Source of the DNA: Eledone cirrhosa
Lineage: Eukaryota
Assembly (NCBI GenBank): GCA_964016885.1
Contig: OZ024745.1
Coordinates: forward strand, 10,912,001-10,976,000
Direction of reading: 5' to 3'
DNA length: 64,000 bases
Positions 1 to 12,700 of the stretch are shown here, one piece after another. The number at the start of each line of letters is the position of its first letter. The first letter of the stretch is position 1. The position numbers were made by a program, and so were the translations under genes. The notes beneath the pieces are model-generated. The model did no database searches. It was not told the origin of the DNA and saw nothing but the letters and a program-made list of their open reading frames with translations.

Positions 1-3000
1 CCCCAGACTCTACTCCCATGTTGCTCCAGTTGGTCCTACGATGCCCCAGACTCTACTCCCATGTTGCTCCAGCTGGTCCTACGATGCCCCAGACTCTACT
101 CCCATGTTGCTCCAGCTGGTCCTACGATGCCCCAGACTCTACTCCCATGTTGCTCCAGCTGGTCCTACGATTCCCCAGACTCTACTCCCATGTTGCTCCA
201 GTTGGTCCTACGATGCCCCAGACTCTACTCCCATGTTGCTCCAGCTGGTCCTACGATGCCCCAGACTCAACTCCCATGTTGCTCCAGCTGGTCCTACGAT
301 GCCCCAGACTCTACTCCCATGTTGCTCCAGCTGGTCCTACGATTCCCCAGACTCTACTCCCATGTTGCTCCAGCTGGTCCTACGATGCCCCAGACTCTAC
401 TCCCATGTTGCTCCAGCTGGTCCTACGATGCCCCAGACTCTACTCACATGTAGCTCCAGCTGGTCCTACGATGCCCCAGACTCTACTCCCATGTTGCTCC
501 AGTTGGTCCTACGATGCCCCAGACTCTACTCCCATGTTGCTCCAGCTGGTCCTACGATGCCCCAGACTATACTCCCATGTTGCTCCAGCTGGTCCTACGA
601 TGCCCCAGACTCTACTCCCATGTTGCTCCAGCTGGTCCTACGATTCCCCAGACTCTACTCCCATGTTGCTCCAGCTGGTCCTACGATTCCCCAGACTCTA
701 CTCCCATGTTGCTCCAGCTGGTCCTACGATTCCCCAGACTCTACTCACATGTTGCTCCAGTTGGTCCTACGATTCCCCAGACTCTACTCCCATGTTGCTC
801 CAGCTGGTCCTACGATTCCCCAGACTCTACTCCCATGTTGCTCCAGCTGGTCCTACGATTCCCCAGACTCTACTCACATGTTGCTCCAGTTGGTCCTACG
901 ATTCCCCAGACTCTACTCCCATGTTGCTCCAGCTGGTCCTACGATTCCCCAGACTCTACTCACATGTTGCTCCAGTTGGTCCTACGATTCCCCAGACTCT
1001 ACTCCCATGTTGCTCCAGTTGGTCCTACGATGCCCCAGACCCTACTCCCATGTTGCTCCAGCTGGTCCTACGATTCCCCAGACTCTACTCCCATGTTGCT
1101 CCAGCTGGTCCTACGATGCCCCAGACTCTACTCACATGTTGCTCCAGTTGGTCCTACGATTCCCCAGACTCTACTCCCATGTTGCTCCAGCTGGTCCTAC
1201 GATTCCCCAGACTCTACTCCCATGTTGCTCCAGCTGGTCCTACGATTCCCCAGACTCTACTCACATGTTGCTCCAGCTGGTCCTACGATTCCCCAGACTC
1301 TACTCCCATGTTGCTCCAGCTGGTCCTACGATTCCCCAGACTCTACTCACATGTTGCTCCAGTTGGTCCTACGATTCCCCAGACTCTACTCCCATGTTGC
1401 TCCAGCTGGTCCTACGATTCCCCAGACTCTACTCCCATGTTGCTCCAGTTGGTCCTACGATGCCCCAGACCCTACTCCCATGTTGCTCCAGCTGGTCCTA
1501 CGATGCCCCAGACTCTACTCCCATGTTGCTCCAGCTGGTCCTACGATTCCCCAGACTCTACTCCCATGTTGCTCCAGTTGGTCCTACGATGCCCCAGACC
1601 CTACTCCCATGTTGCTCCAGCTGGTTCTACGATGCCCCAGACTCTACTCCCATGTTGCTCCAGTTGGTCCTACGATGCCCCAGACCCTACTCCCATGTTG
1701 CTCCAGCTGGTCCTACGATGCCCCAGACTCTACTCCCATGTTGCTCCAGCTGGTCCTACGATTCCCCAGACTCTACTCCCATGTTGCTCCAGTTGGTCCT
1801 ACGATGCCCCAGACCCTACTCCCATGTTGCTCCAGCTGGTCCTACGATGCCCCAGACTCTACTCCCATGTTGCTCCAGCTGGTCCTACGATTCCCCAGAC
1901 TCTACTCCCATGTTGCTCCAGTTGGTCCTACGATGCCCCAGACCCTACTCCCATGTTGCTCCAGCTGGTCCTACGATGCCCCAGACTCTACTCCCATGTT
2001 GCTCCAGTTGGTCCTACGATGCCCCAGACCCTACTCCCATGTTGCTCCAGCTGGTCCTACGATGCCCCAGACCCTACTCCCATGTTGCTCCAGCTGGTCC
2101 TACGATTCCCCAGACTCTACTCCCATGTTGCTCCAGTTGGTCCTACGATGCCCCAGACCCTACTCCCATGTTGCTCCAGCTGGTCCTACGATTCCCCAGA
2201 CTCTACTCCCATGTTGCTCCAGCTGGTCCTACGATGCCCCAGACTCTACTCCCATGTTGCTCCAGCTGGTCCTACGATGCCCCAGACCCTACTCCCATGT
2301 TGCTCCAGCTGGTCCTACGATTCCCCAGACTCTACTCCCATGTTGCTCCAGCTGGTCCTACGATGCCCCAGACTCTACTCACATGTTGCTCCAGCTGGTC
2401 CTACGATGCCCCAGACTCTACTCCCATGTTGCTCCAGCTAGTCCTACGATGCCCTAGACTCTACTCCCATGTTGCTCCAGCTGGTCCTACGATGCCCCAG
2501 ACTCTACTCACATGTTGCTCCAGCTGGTCCTACGATGCCCTAGACCCTACTCCCATTTTGCTCCAGCTGGTCCTACGATGCCCCAGACCCTACTCCCATG
2601 TTGCTCCAGCTGGTCCTACGATGCCCCAGATTCTACTCCCATGTTGCTCCAGCTGGTCCTACGATGCCCCAGACTCTACTCCGATGTTGCTCCAGCTGGT
2701 CCTACGATGCCCTAGACCCTACTCCCATTTTGCTCCAGCTGGTCCTACGATGCTCTAGACCCTACTCCCATTTTGCTCCAGCTGGTCCTACGATGCCCCA
2801 GACCCTACTCCCATGTTGCTCCAGCTGGTCCTACGATGCCCCAGACTCTACTCCCATGTTGCTCCAGCTGGTCCTACGATGCCCCAGACTCTACTCCCAT
2901 GTTGCTCCAGCTGGTCCTACGATGCCCCAGACCCTACTCCCATGTTGCTCCAGCTGGTCCTACGATGCCCTAGACCCTACTCCCATTTTGCTCCAGCTGG

Positions 3001-3916
3001 TCCTACGATGCCCTAGACCCTACTCCCATTTTGCTCCAGCTGGTCCTACGATGCCCCAGACCCTACTCCCATGTTGCTCCAGCTGGTCCTACGATGCCCC
3101 AGATTCTACTCCCATGTTGCTCCAGCTGGTCCTACGATGCCCCAGACTCTACTCCCATGTTGCTCCAGCTGGTCCTACGATGCCCCAGACTCTACTCCCA
3201 TGTTGCTCCAGCTGGTCCTACGATGCCCCAGACTCTACTCCCATTTTGCTCCAGCTGGTCCTACGATGCCCCAGACTCTACTCCCAAGTTGCTCCAGCTG
3301 GTCCTACGATGCCCCAGACTCTACTCCCATGTTGCTCCAGCTGGTCCTACGATGCCCCAGACTCTACTCCCATGTTGCTCCAGCTGGTCCTACGATGCCC
3401 CAGACTCTACTCCCATGTTGCTCCAGCTGGTCCTACGATGCCCCAGACTCTACTCCCATGTTGCTCCAGCTGGTCCTACGATGCCCCAGACTCTACTCCC
3501 ATGTTGCTCCAGCTGGTCCTACGATGCCCCAGACCCTACTCCTATGTTGCTCCAGCTGGTCCTACGATGCCCCAGACTCTACTCCCATGTTGCTCCAGCT
3601 GGTCCTACGATGCCCCAGACTCTACTCCCATGTTGCTCCAGCTGGTCCTACGATGCCCCAGACTCTACTCCCATGTTGCTCCAGCTGGTCCTACGATGCC
3701 CCAGACCCTACTCCTATGTTGCTCCAGCTGGTCCTACGATGCCCCAGACTCTACTCCCATGTTGCTCCAGCTGGTCCTACGATGCCCCAGACTCTACTCC
3801 CATGTTGCTCCAGCTGGTCCTACGATGCCCCAGACTCTACTCCCATGTTGCTCCAGCTGGTCCTACGATGCCCCAGACTCTACTCCCATGTTGCTCCAGC
3901 TGGTCCTACGATGCCC
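1..3916. repeat. 43-bp tandem minisatellite/satellite, 91 copies in the window, consensus CCCCAGACTCTACTCCCATGTTGCTCCAGCTGGTCCTACGATG; truncated by the window start
   Basis: Unit read directly. 91 x 43 = 3913 coincides with the last GATG at 3910-3913, so there is no net indel. Only substitution variants were seen (GATG/GATT, CAGCT/CAGTT, ACTCT/ACCCT, CCCAT/CACAT, CCCAG/CCTAG, ATGTT/ATTTT). Confidence 0.99.
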
Positions 3917-4016
3917 ATATCTTTATGTATTTGTACCTTTTATTATAAATATTAATTAAAAACTAACGTTAACATCTATCTTTAAAATAGGGTTTTGACA
4001 GCGACATGGTCTTACA
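3917..4016 (+). other. AT-rich 100-bp tail ending in TCTTACA; possible 3' end of an LTR-like element
   Basis: ATTAAA at ~3955 and terminal GGTCTTACA (4008-4016) running directly into (CA)n. Same 7-bp terminus as 6076-6082. The other end is not in the window. Confidence 0.3.
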
Positions 4017-4145
4017 CACACACACGCACACACACACACACACGCACATACACACACGCACACACAGACGCACACACACACACACGCACACATACGCACA
4101 CACACACACACGCACACACACACACACCCACACCCATACACGCAC

Positions 4146-4186
<41 letters not shown>

Positions 4187-4195
4187 CACACACAC

Positions 4196-4246
<51 letters not shown>

Positions 4247-4455
4247 CACACACACACGCACACACACACACACATACACACACAGACGTACACACGCACA
4301 CACAGACGCACACACGCACACACACACACGCGCACACACGCACACACACACACACACACGCACACACACACATACACATACACACACACGCTCCCCCCAC
4401 ACGCACACACACACATACACATACACACACACGCCCCTCCCCCCACACACACACA
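4014..4455. repeat. Imperfect (CA)n microsatellite with CG/TA interruptions
   Basis: Direct reading. It produces the HT/VC pseudo-ORFs. Confidence 0.98.
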
Positions 4456-4564
4456 TTGTTCCACCTGTCATCCTTTCCTCGCACATTCCATCCTTACCAA
4501 GCGTGAAACTAATAAGACTGTATTTTCCCATCATTGTGTTTTGTTTTGTCTATTCTTGAACTGT

Positions 4565-4657
4565 ACACACACATACACACACACACATACACACACACAC
4601 GCACACACACACACACACACACACGCACACACATACACACACATACACACACACACA
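4565..4657. repeat. Imperfect (CA)n microsatellite
   Basis: Direct reading. Confidence 0.97.
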
Positions 4658-4760
4658 TCTTTATATATCTTTTGCATGGTGAAGGTGTTTTGGCAATGAC
4701 ATACTTTTATATGTAATGATTATTTAGTGTATAATTTTTTTAATGAGTGTTGAAATACAT

Positions 4761-5048
4761 GAAGAGAGAGAGAGAGAGAGAGAGAGAGGGTGACAGAGAG
4801 AGAAAGAGAGAGGGTGAGGGAGAGAGGGAGAGACGGAGAGAGGGAGAGAGAGAGGGTGACAGAGAGAGAGAGAGAGGGTGACAGAGAGAGAGAGGGAGGG
4901 TGAGGGAGAGAGGGAGAGAGGGAAAGAGAGAGGGTGACAGAGAGAGAGGGTGAGAGAAAGGGAAGAGAGAAAGAGAAATAGAGAGAGAGGGAGAGAAGGA
5001 GAGAGAGAGAGGGTGAGGGAGAGAGAGGGACAGAGAGGGAGAGAGAGA
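4761..5048. repeat. (GA)n-rich polypurine tract with recurring GAGGGTGA(CA) interruptions
   Basis: About 290 bp that is almost all purine on the + strand. Confidence 0.97.
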
Positions 5049-5049
5049 T

Positions 5050-5185
5050 GGGGGATTTGAGAATCTCTAAGGAAGAGAATCCTTCGTTGGCTGGAAACGT
5101 ACATAGTCGTTGTTCTTTAGTCGCATGTCAAGTAAAATTGAGCAGACCTATAATGATAGCTTTCCAGCTGTGACCATCTCTTCCA
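5050..5185. mobile_element. Possible short interspersed repeat fragment
   Basis: GAGCAGACCTATAATGATAGCTTTCCAGCTGTGACCATC resembles, from memory only, a dispersed repeat of octopus genomes. Not verified, and no A/B box was seen. Confidence 0.2.
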
Positions 5186-5428
5186 CTAAATGTAGCATCA
5201 TAAACTGGCTATTTTTATTAGCCAATAAAAAAGTAATAACCATAGGATGAAATGAAAACCAGATCTACTAACACTTGTAGGATCAGACTATGTTAAGTGT
5301 ATGTGGAATACTTGGTCATCTATATTTAGAATACACCACCTAAAATCCAACACAGAAAGATTATACTATCCACGAATATAAGGAGGTAGGAGCCTTCTGA
5401 ATCTAGAAAATGATTATAAAATATCTAC

Positions 5429-6079
5429 TGTAAGATTACAGAACTACAGAATTACTGATACCTTATACAGTAAAGGGTTTAATATAAATAACCACAAAAC
5501 AACCAAAACAAAAAAAAAAAGCTTTCTGTTTTTGGGGAAGACCACAAATGAGGGAACAGATTGTAAAACTAAAAACTAACCCTAAAAATTGGAGCTGCGA
5601 ATATCTTGCTAAACCAATGGTAAGACCAGACCCTATATAGACAATACATCGAATTGAAGCTGAATAATGGTGAAGTGGGTACGGAAACATTTTTGTACTA
5701 ACTGTGAAGCGGGGGACTAAAAACTGTGACTGAAGGATTATTGACTGCGGTACAAGATCAAAGGTTTCGAACCAGAAACTAATGAAATCAGAATAAACAA
5801 TGAAGACTTCGTTATTGGGTCCCTGTACCACTTCCCTATTTACTGTTATCGGGCCAGAATTGGCCACCCACAGGAGTGAGTCCCGTCTGTCGGAATGGCT
5901 ATTTCAACACGTCCCCCTCGATATCGTCCGGAGCAACGCTTTCTTCCTTCTGTCCTCTCAGACCACAAGGTGGCCCGTGTCTCAAACTCGTCACAGAACA
6001 TTCTCCCATACTGTCCAGGGCTTGTGACATTCGGCTAGCCATTATTGAGTAGTCTTTCTCACATTTTTGTCGTGTTCTT

Positions 6080-6082
<3 letters not shown>
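5429..6082 (-). mobile_element. 654-bp LTR-like element (possible solo LTR)
   Basis: Perfect 7-bp inverted termini TGTAAGA (5429-5435) and TCTTACA (6076-6082), giving TG...CA ends. On the minus strand ATTAAA (~5478-5483) lies about 50 nt before the end. No matching target-site duplication (CTAC vs CACA), and no PBS or adjacent PPT was found. Confidence 0.55.
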
Positions 6083-6273
<191 letters not shown>

Positions 6274-6421
6274 TAACCAGGAAAAGAATACTGAATTAAT
6301 TCGTAAAACTAGTCCTGCATTAGACAGCAGAATAAAGCAACACACAAAAAGCAAAAATAATGCCGAATGTATGGAGGCTATTTCTGGTTACCCGAGCTTA
6401 GCAGATCTCTCATACGTGACA

Positions 6422-7040
6422 GCCAAATCTACCTGAAAAAGGAGTAGATTATATAAAACAACAATAACAGCAACAAAAGCAACAAAATTAGATGTTTTTC
6501 TGAAATCAGAGAAGTAGAACATCATCATTGGTCATTTAGGAGCAGATGGAATTGGTAAGGCAGAACATGGAGAAATGAAGAGTTAGAATACGTAATATCA
6601 GAAACCGAATTCAATGCCAGGAATAAGATTATGTGTATATATAAATATAACAAGCAAGTCAATCATAAACTAGTTTCAATAAGTTAAGTGAACTGAAGAG
6701 GCTAGACAGGAAAATGAGAAAACTATTTACTGTATTCTGATGGTGTCGCCTAACAGCTAATATAGACAGAATATACTCCTGCATATAAATAGGGAGCCTG
6801 ATCTAAATTGAAAACTATTACAAAATAACTGCAGTAATGGTTATAAAAAAATACTTAGATGTAAGCAAAGATAAAATGATTACTATAATAAATCAGTATA
6901 AAACATTGAATACTTTTCTCTCTGTGTAGGAAAATAATAAAATACAAGCTCTAAGTTAATACACCAAAGGAAAAAAAATGTTTAGATCAGAATGAAGGTA
7001 AAAGAATAAGCAAAAAATAAAATGCAGGGAAAAAAAACCC
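6422..7040 (+). pseudogene. Degenerate non-LTR retrotransposon fragment, C-terminal RT/thumb region, R4/Dong-like
   Basis: Manual translation across stops and frameshifts gives AKST*KRSRL.., HLGADGI..HGEMK and VISETEFNARNKIMCI. From 6690 it reads ELKRLDRKMRKLFTVF*WCRLTANIDRIYSCI*IGSLI*IENYYKITAVMVIKKYLDVSKDKMITII. This follows the motif order I recall for this family (CAK..KRGK, YKYLG, ELNAxNKI, LDRKxRKLLT, ADxDRLY, GGRGL). The clade assignment is from memory. Confidence 0.75.
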
Positions 7041-9783
7041 GTCTCAATGTTTAGTATTCTGTAAGGCTGGAGGATGTCTCACTGTCTCAGGTATGTTATC
7101 TAAGGCTAGAGGTTGTCTCACTGTCTCAGGTAGTATTATGTAAGGCTAGAGGTTGTCTCACTGTCTCAGGTATGTTATCTAAGGCTAGAGGTTGTCTCAC
7201 TGTCTCAGGTATGTTATGTAAGGCTAGAGGATGTCTCACTGTCTCAGGTAGTATTATGTAAGGCTAGAGGTTGTCTCACTGTCTCAGGTATGTTATCTAA
7301 GGCTAGAGGTTGTCTCACTGTCTCAGGTAGTATTATGTAAGGCTAGAGGTTGTCTCACTGTCTCAGGTATGTTATGTAAGGCTAGAGCTGTCTCACTGTC
7401 TCAGGTAGTATTATGTAAGGCTAGAAGTTGTCTCACTGTCTCAGGTATGTTATGTAAGGCTAGAGGTTGTCTCACTGTCTCAGGTAGTATTATGTAAGGC
7501 TAGAGGTTGTCTCACTGTCTCAGGTAGTATTATGTAAGACTAGAGGTTGTCTCACTGTCTCAGGTAGTATTATGTAAGGCTAGAGGTTGTCTCACTGTCT
7601 CAGGTAGTATTATGTAAGGCTAGAGGTTGTCTCACTGTCTCAGGTAGTATTATGTAAGGCTAGAGGTTGTCTCACTGTCTCAGGTAGTATTATGTAAGGC
7701 TAGAGGTTGTCTCACTGTCTCAGGTAGTATTATGTAAGAATCGAGGTTGTCTCACTGTCTCAGGTATGTTATCTAAGGCTAGAGGTTGTCTCACTGTCTC
7801 AGGTATGTTATGTAAGGCCAGAGGATGTCTCACTGTCTCAGGTATGTTATCTAAGGCTAGAGATTGTCTCACTGTCTCAGGTATGTTATGTAAGGCTAGA
7901 GGTTGTCTCACTGTCTCAGGTATGTTATCTAAGGCTAGAGGTTGTCTCACTGTCTCAGGTATGTTATGTAAGGCTAGAGGATGTCTCACTGTCTCAGGTA
8001 TGTTATGTAAGGCTAGAGGTTGTATCACTGTCTCAGGAATGTTATGTAAGGCTAGAGGTTGTCTCACTGTCTCAGGTATGTTATCTAAGGCTAGAGGTTG
8101 TCTCACTGTCTCAGGTATGTTATGTAAGGCTAGAGGATGTCTCACTGTCTCAGGTATGTTATATAAGGCCAGATGTTGTCTCACTGTCTCAGGTATGTTA
8201 TGTAAGGCTAGAGGTTGTCTCACTGTCTCAGGTATGTTATGTAAGGCTAGAGGTTGTCTCACTGTCTCAGGTAGTATTATGTAAGGCGAGAGGTTGTCTC
8301 ACTGTCTCAGGTAGTATTATGTAAGGCTAGAGGTTGTCTCACAGTCTCAGGTAGTATTATGTAAGGCAAGAGGTTGTCTCACTGTCTCAGGTATGTTATG
8401 TAAGGCTAGAGGATGTCTCACTGTCTCAGGTATGTTATGTAAGGCTAGAGGATGTCTCACTGTCTCAGGTATGTTATGTAAGGCTAGAGGTTGTCTCACT
8501 GTCTCAGGTAGTATTATGTAAGGCTAGAGGTTGTCTCACTGTCTCAGGTAGTATTATGTAAGGCTAGAGGTTGTCTCACTGTCTCTGGTATGTTATGTAA
8601 GGCTAGAGGTTGTCTCACTGTCTCAGGTATGTTATGTAAGGCTAGAGGTTGTCTCACTGTCTCAGGTATGTTATGTAAGGCTAGAGGTTGTCTCACTGTC
8701 TCAGGTATGTTATGTAAAGCTAGAGGTTGTCTCACTGTCTCAAGTAGTATTATGTAAGGCTAGAGGTTGTCTCACTGTCTCAGGTATGTTATCTAAGGTT
8801 AGAGGTTGTCTCACTGTCTCAGGTATGTTATGTAAGACTAGAGGTTGTCTCACTGTCTCAGGTAGTATTATGTAAGGCTAGAGGTTGTCTCACTGTCTCA
8901 GGTATGTTATGTAAGTCTAGAGGTTGTCTCACTGTCTCAGGTAGTATTATGTAAGGCTAGAGGTTGTCTCACTCTCTCAGGTATGTTATGTAAGGCTAGA
9001 GGTTGTCTCACTGTCTCAGGCAGTATTATGTAAGGCTAGAGCTTGTCTCACTGTCTCAGGTATGTTATGTAAGGCTAGAGGTTGTCTCACTGTCTCAGGT
9101 ATGTTATGTAAGGCTAGAGGTTGTCTCACTGTCTCAGGTATGTTATGTAAGGCTAGAGGTTGTCTCACTGTCTCAGGTAGTATTATGTAAGGCTAGAGGT
9201 TGTCTCACTGTCTCAGGTATGTTATGTAAGGCTAGAGGTTGTCTCACTGTCTCAGGTAGTATTATGTAAGAATAGAGGTTGTCTCACTGTCTCAGGTATG
9301 TTATGTAAGGCTAGAGGTTGTCTCACTGTCTCAGGTGTTTTATGTAAGGCTAGAGGTTGTCTCACTGTCTCAGGTGTGTTATGTAAGGCTAGAGGTTGTC
9401 TCACTGTCTCAGGTATGTTATGTAAGGCTAGAGGTTGTCTCACTGTCTCAGGTAGTATTATGTAAGGCTAGAGGTTGTCTCACTGTCTCAGGTATGTTAT
9501 GTAAGGCTAGAGGTTGTCTCACTGTCTCAGGTGTGTTATGTAAGGCTAGAGGTTGTCTCACTGTCTCAGGTGTGTTGTGTAAGGCTAGAGGTTGTCTCAC
9601 TGTCTCAGGTATGTTATGTAAGGCTAGAGGATGTCTCACTGTCTCAGGTATGTTATGTAAGGCTAGAGGTTGTCTCACTGTCTCAGGTAGTATTATGTAA
9701 GGCTAGAGGTTGTCTCACTGTCTCAGGTATGTTATGTAAGGCTAGAGGTTGTCTCCCTGTCTCAGGTAGTATTATGTAAGGCT

Positions 9784-12700
9784 AGAGCTGTCTCACTGTC
9801 TCAGGTAGTATTATGTAAGGCTAGAGGTTGTCTCACTGTCTCAGGTATGTTATGTAAGGCTAGAGGTTGTCTCACTGTCTCAGGTAGTATTATGTAAGAA
9901 TAGAGGTTGTCTCACTGTCTCAGGTAGTATTATGTAAGGCTAGAGGTTGTCTCACTGTCTCAGGTATGTTATGTAAGGCTAGAGGTTGTCTCACTGTCTC
10001 AGGTAGTATTATGTAAGGCTAGAGGTTGTCTCACTGTCTCAGGTAGTATTATGGAAGAATAGAGGTTGTCTCACTGTCTCAGGTAGTATTATGTAAGAAT
10101 AGAGGTTGTCTCACTGTCTCAGGTAGTATTATGTAAGGCTAGAGGTTGTCTCACTGTCTCAGGTATGTTATGTAAGGCTAGAGGTTGTCTCACTGTCTCA
10201 GGCAGTATTATGTAAGGCTAGAGCTTGTCTCACTGTCTCAGGTATGTTATATAAGGCTAGAGGTTGTCTCACTGTCTCAGGTAGTATTATGTAAGAATAG
10301 AGGTTGTCTCACTGTCTCAGGTGTGTTATGTAAGGCTAGAGGTTGTCTCACTGTCTCAGGTATGTTATGTAAGGCTAGAGGATGTCTCACTGTCTCAGGT
10401 ATGTTATGTAAGGCTAGAGGTTGTCTCACTGTCTCAGGTAGTATTATGTAAGGCTAGAGGTTGTCTCACTGTCTCAGGTATGTTATGTAAGGCTAGAGGT
10501 TGTCTCACTGTCTCAGGTGTGTTGTGTAAGGCTAGAGGTTGTCTCACTGTCTCAGGTATGTTATGTAAGGCTAGAGGATGTCTCACTGTCTCAGGTATGT
10601 TATGTAAGGCTAGAGGTTGTCTCACTGTCTCAGGTATGTTATGTAAGGCTAGAGGATGTCTCACTGTCTCAGGTATGTTATGTAAGGCTAGAGGTTGTCT
10701 CACTGTCTCAGGTAGTATTATGTAAGGCTAGAGGTTGTCTCACTGTCTCAGGTATGTTATGTAAGGCTAGAGGTTGTCTCACTGTCTCAGGTGTGTTATG
10801 TAAGGCTAGAGGTTGTCTCACTGTCTCAGGTGTGTTGTGTAAGGCTAGAGGTTGTCTCACTGTCTCAGGTATGTTATGTAAGTCTAGAGGTTGTCTCACT
10901 GTCTCAGGTAGTATTATGTAAGGCTAGAGGTTGTCTCACTGTCTCAGGTATGTTATGTAAGGCTAGAGGTTGTCTCACTGTCTCAGGCAGTATTATGTAA
11001 GGCTAGAGCTTGTCTCACTGTCTCAGGTATGTTATGTAAGGCTAGAGGTTGTCTCACTGTCTCAGGTATGTTATGTAAGGCTAGAGGTTGTCTCACTGTC
11101 TCAGGTATGTTATGTAAGGCTAGAGGTTGTCTCACTGTCTCAGGTAGTATTATGTAAGGCTAGAGGTTGTCTCACTGTCTCAGGTATGTTATGTAAGGCT
11201 AGAGGTTGTCTCACTGTCTCAGGTAGTATTATGTAAGAATAGAGGTTGTCTCACTGTCTCAGGTATGTTATGTAAGGCTAGAGGTTGTCTCACTGTCTCA
11301 GGTGTTTTATGAAAGGCTAGAGGTTGTCTCACTGTCTCAGGTGTGTTATGTAAGGCTAGAGGTTGTCTCACTGTCTCAGGTATGTTATGTAAGGCTAGAG
11401 GATGTCTCACTGTCTCAGGTATGTTATGTAAGGCTAGAGGTTGTCTCACTGTCTCAGGTAGTATTATGTAAGGCTAGAGGTTGTCTCACTGTCTCAGGTA
11501 TGTTATGTAAGGCTAGAGGTTGTCTCACTGTCTCAGGTGTGTTATGTAAGGCTAGAGGTTGTCTCACTGTCTCAGGTGTGTTATGTAAGGCTAGAGGTTG
11601 TCTCACTGTCTCAGGTATGTTATGTAAGGCTAGAGGATGTCTCACTGTCTCAGGTATGTTATGTAAGGCTAGAGGTTGTCTCACTGTCTCAGGTAGTATT
11701 ATGTAAGGCTAGAGGTTGTCTCACTGTCTCAGGTATGTTATGTAAGGCTAGAGGTTGTCTTCCTGTCTCAGGTAGTATTATGTAAGGCTAGAGCTGTCTC
11801 ACTGTCTCAGGTAGTATTATGTAAAGCTAGAGGTTGTCTCACTGTCTCAGCTATGTTATGTAAAGCTAGAGGTTGTCTCACTGTCTCAGGTAGTATTATG
11901 TAAGAATAGAGGTTGTCTCACTGTCTCAGGTAGTATTATGTAAGGCTAGAGGTTGTCTCACTGTCTCAGGTATGTTATGTAAGGCTAGAGGTTGTCTCAC
12001 TGTCTCAGGTAGTATTATGTAAGGCTAGAGGTTGTCTCACTGTCTCAGGTAGTATTATGTAAGAATAGAGGTTGTCTCACTGTCTCAGGTAGTATTATGT
12101 AAGGCTAGAGGTTGTCTCACTGTCTCAGGTATGTTATGTAAGGCTAGAGGTTGTCTCACTGTCTCAGGTAGTATTATGTAAGGCTAGAGGTTGTCTCACT
12201 GTCTCAGGTAGTATTATGTAAGAATAGAGGTTGTCTCACTGTCTCAGGTAGTATTATGTAAGAATAGAGGTTGTCTCACTGTCTCAGGTAGTATTATGTA
12301 AGGCTAGAGGTTGTCTCACTGTCTCAGGTATGTTATGTAAGGCTAGAGGTTGTCTCACTGTCTCAGGCAGTATTATGTAAGGCTAGAGCTTGTCTCACTG
12401 TCTCAGGTATGTTATGTAAGGCTAGAGGTTGTCTCACGGTCTCAGGTATGTTATGTAAGGCTAGAGGTTGTCTCACTGTCTCAGGTATGTTATGTAAGGC
12501 TAGAGGTTGTCTCACTGTCTCAGGTAGTATTATGTAAGGCTAGAGGTTGTCTCACTGTCTCAGGTAGTATTATGTAAGAATAGAGGTTGTCTCACTGTCT
12601 CAGGTAGTATTATGTAAGGCTAGAGGTTGTCTCACTGTCTCAGGTATGTTATGTAAGGCTAGAGGATGTCTCACTGTCTCAGGCAGTCTTATGTAAGGCT

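Noticed and set aside
18-3959. Long ORFs (up to 905 aa) in all three + frames
   Set aside because: The 43-mer has no TAA/TAG/TGA on the + strand and 43 is not a multiple of 3, so all frames give the same 43-aa repeat. Variants introduce stops at random and there is no unique domain.
6699-6706. AGGCTAGA shared between the LINE fragment and the satellite monomer
   Set aside because: An 8-bp match with no extension is compatible with chance.
6693-6725. Hammerhead ribozyme-like CTGAAGA...GAAA
   Set aside because: No supporting stems. The sequence is explained as RT codons (LKRLDRK).
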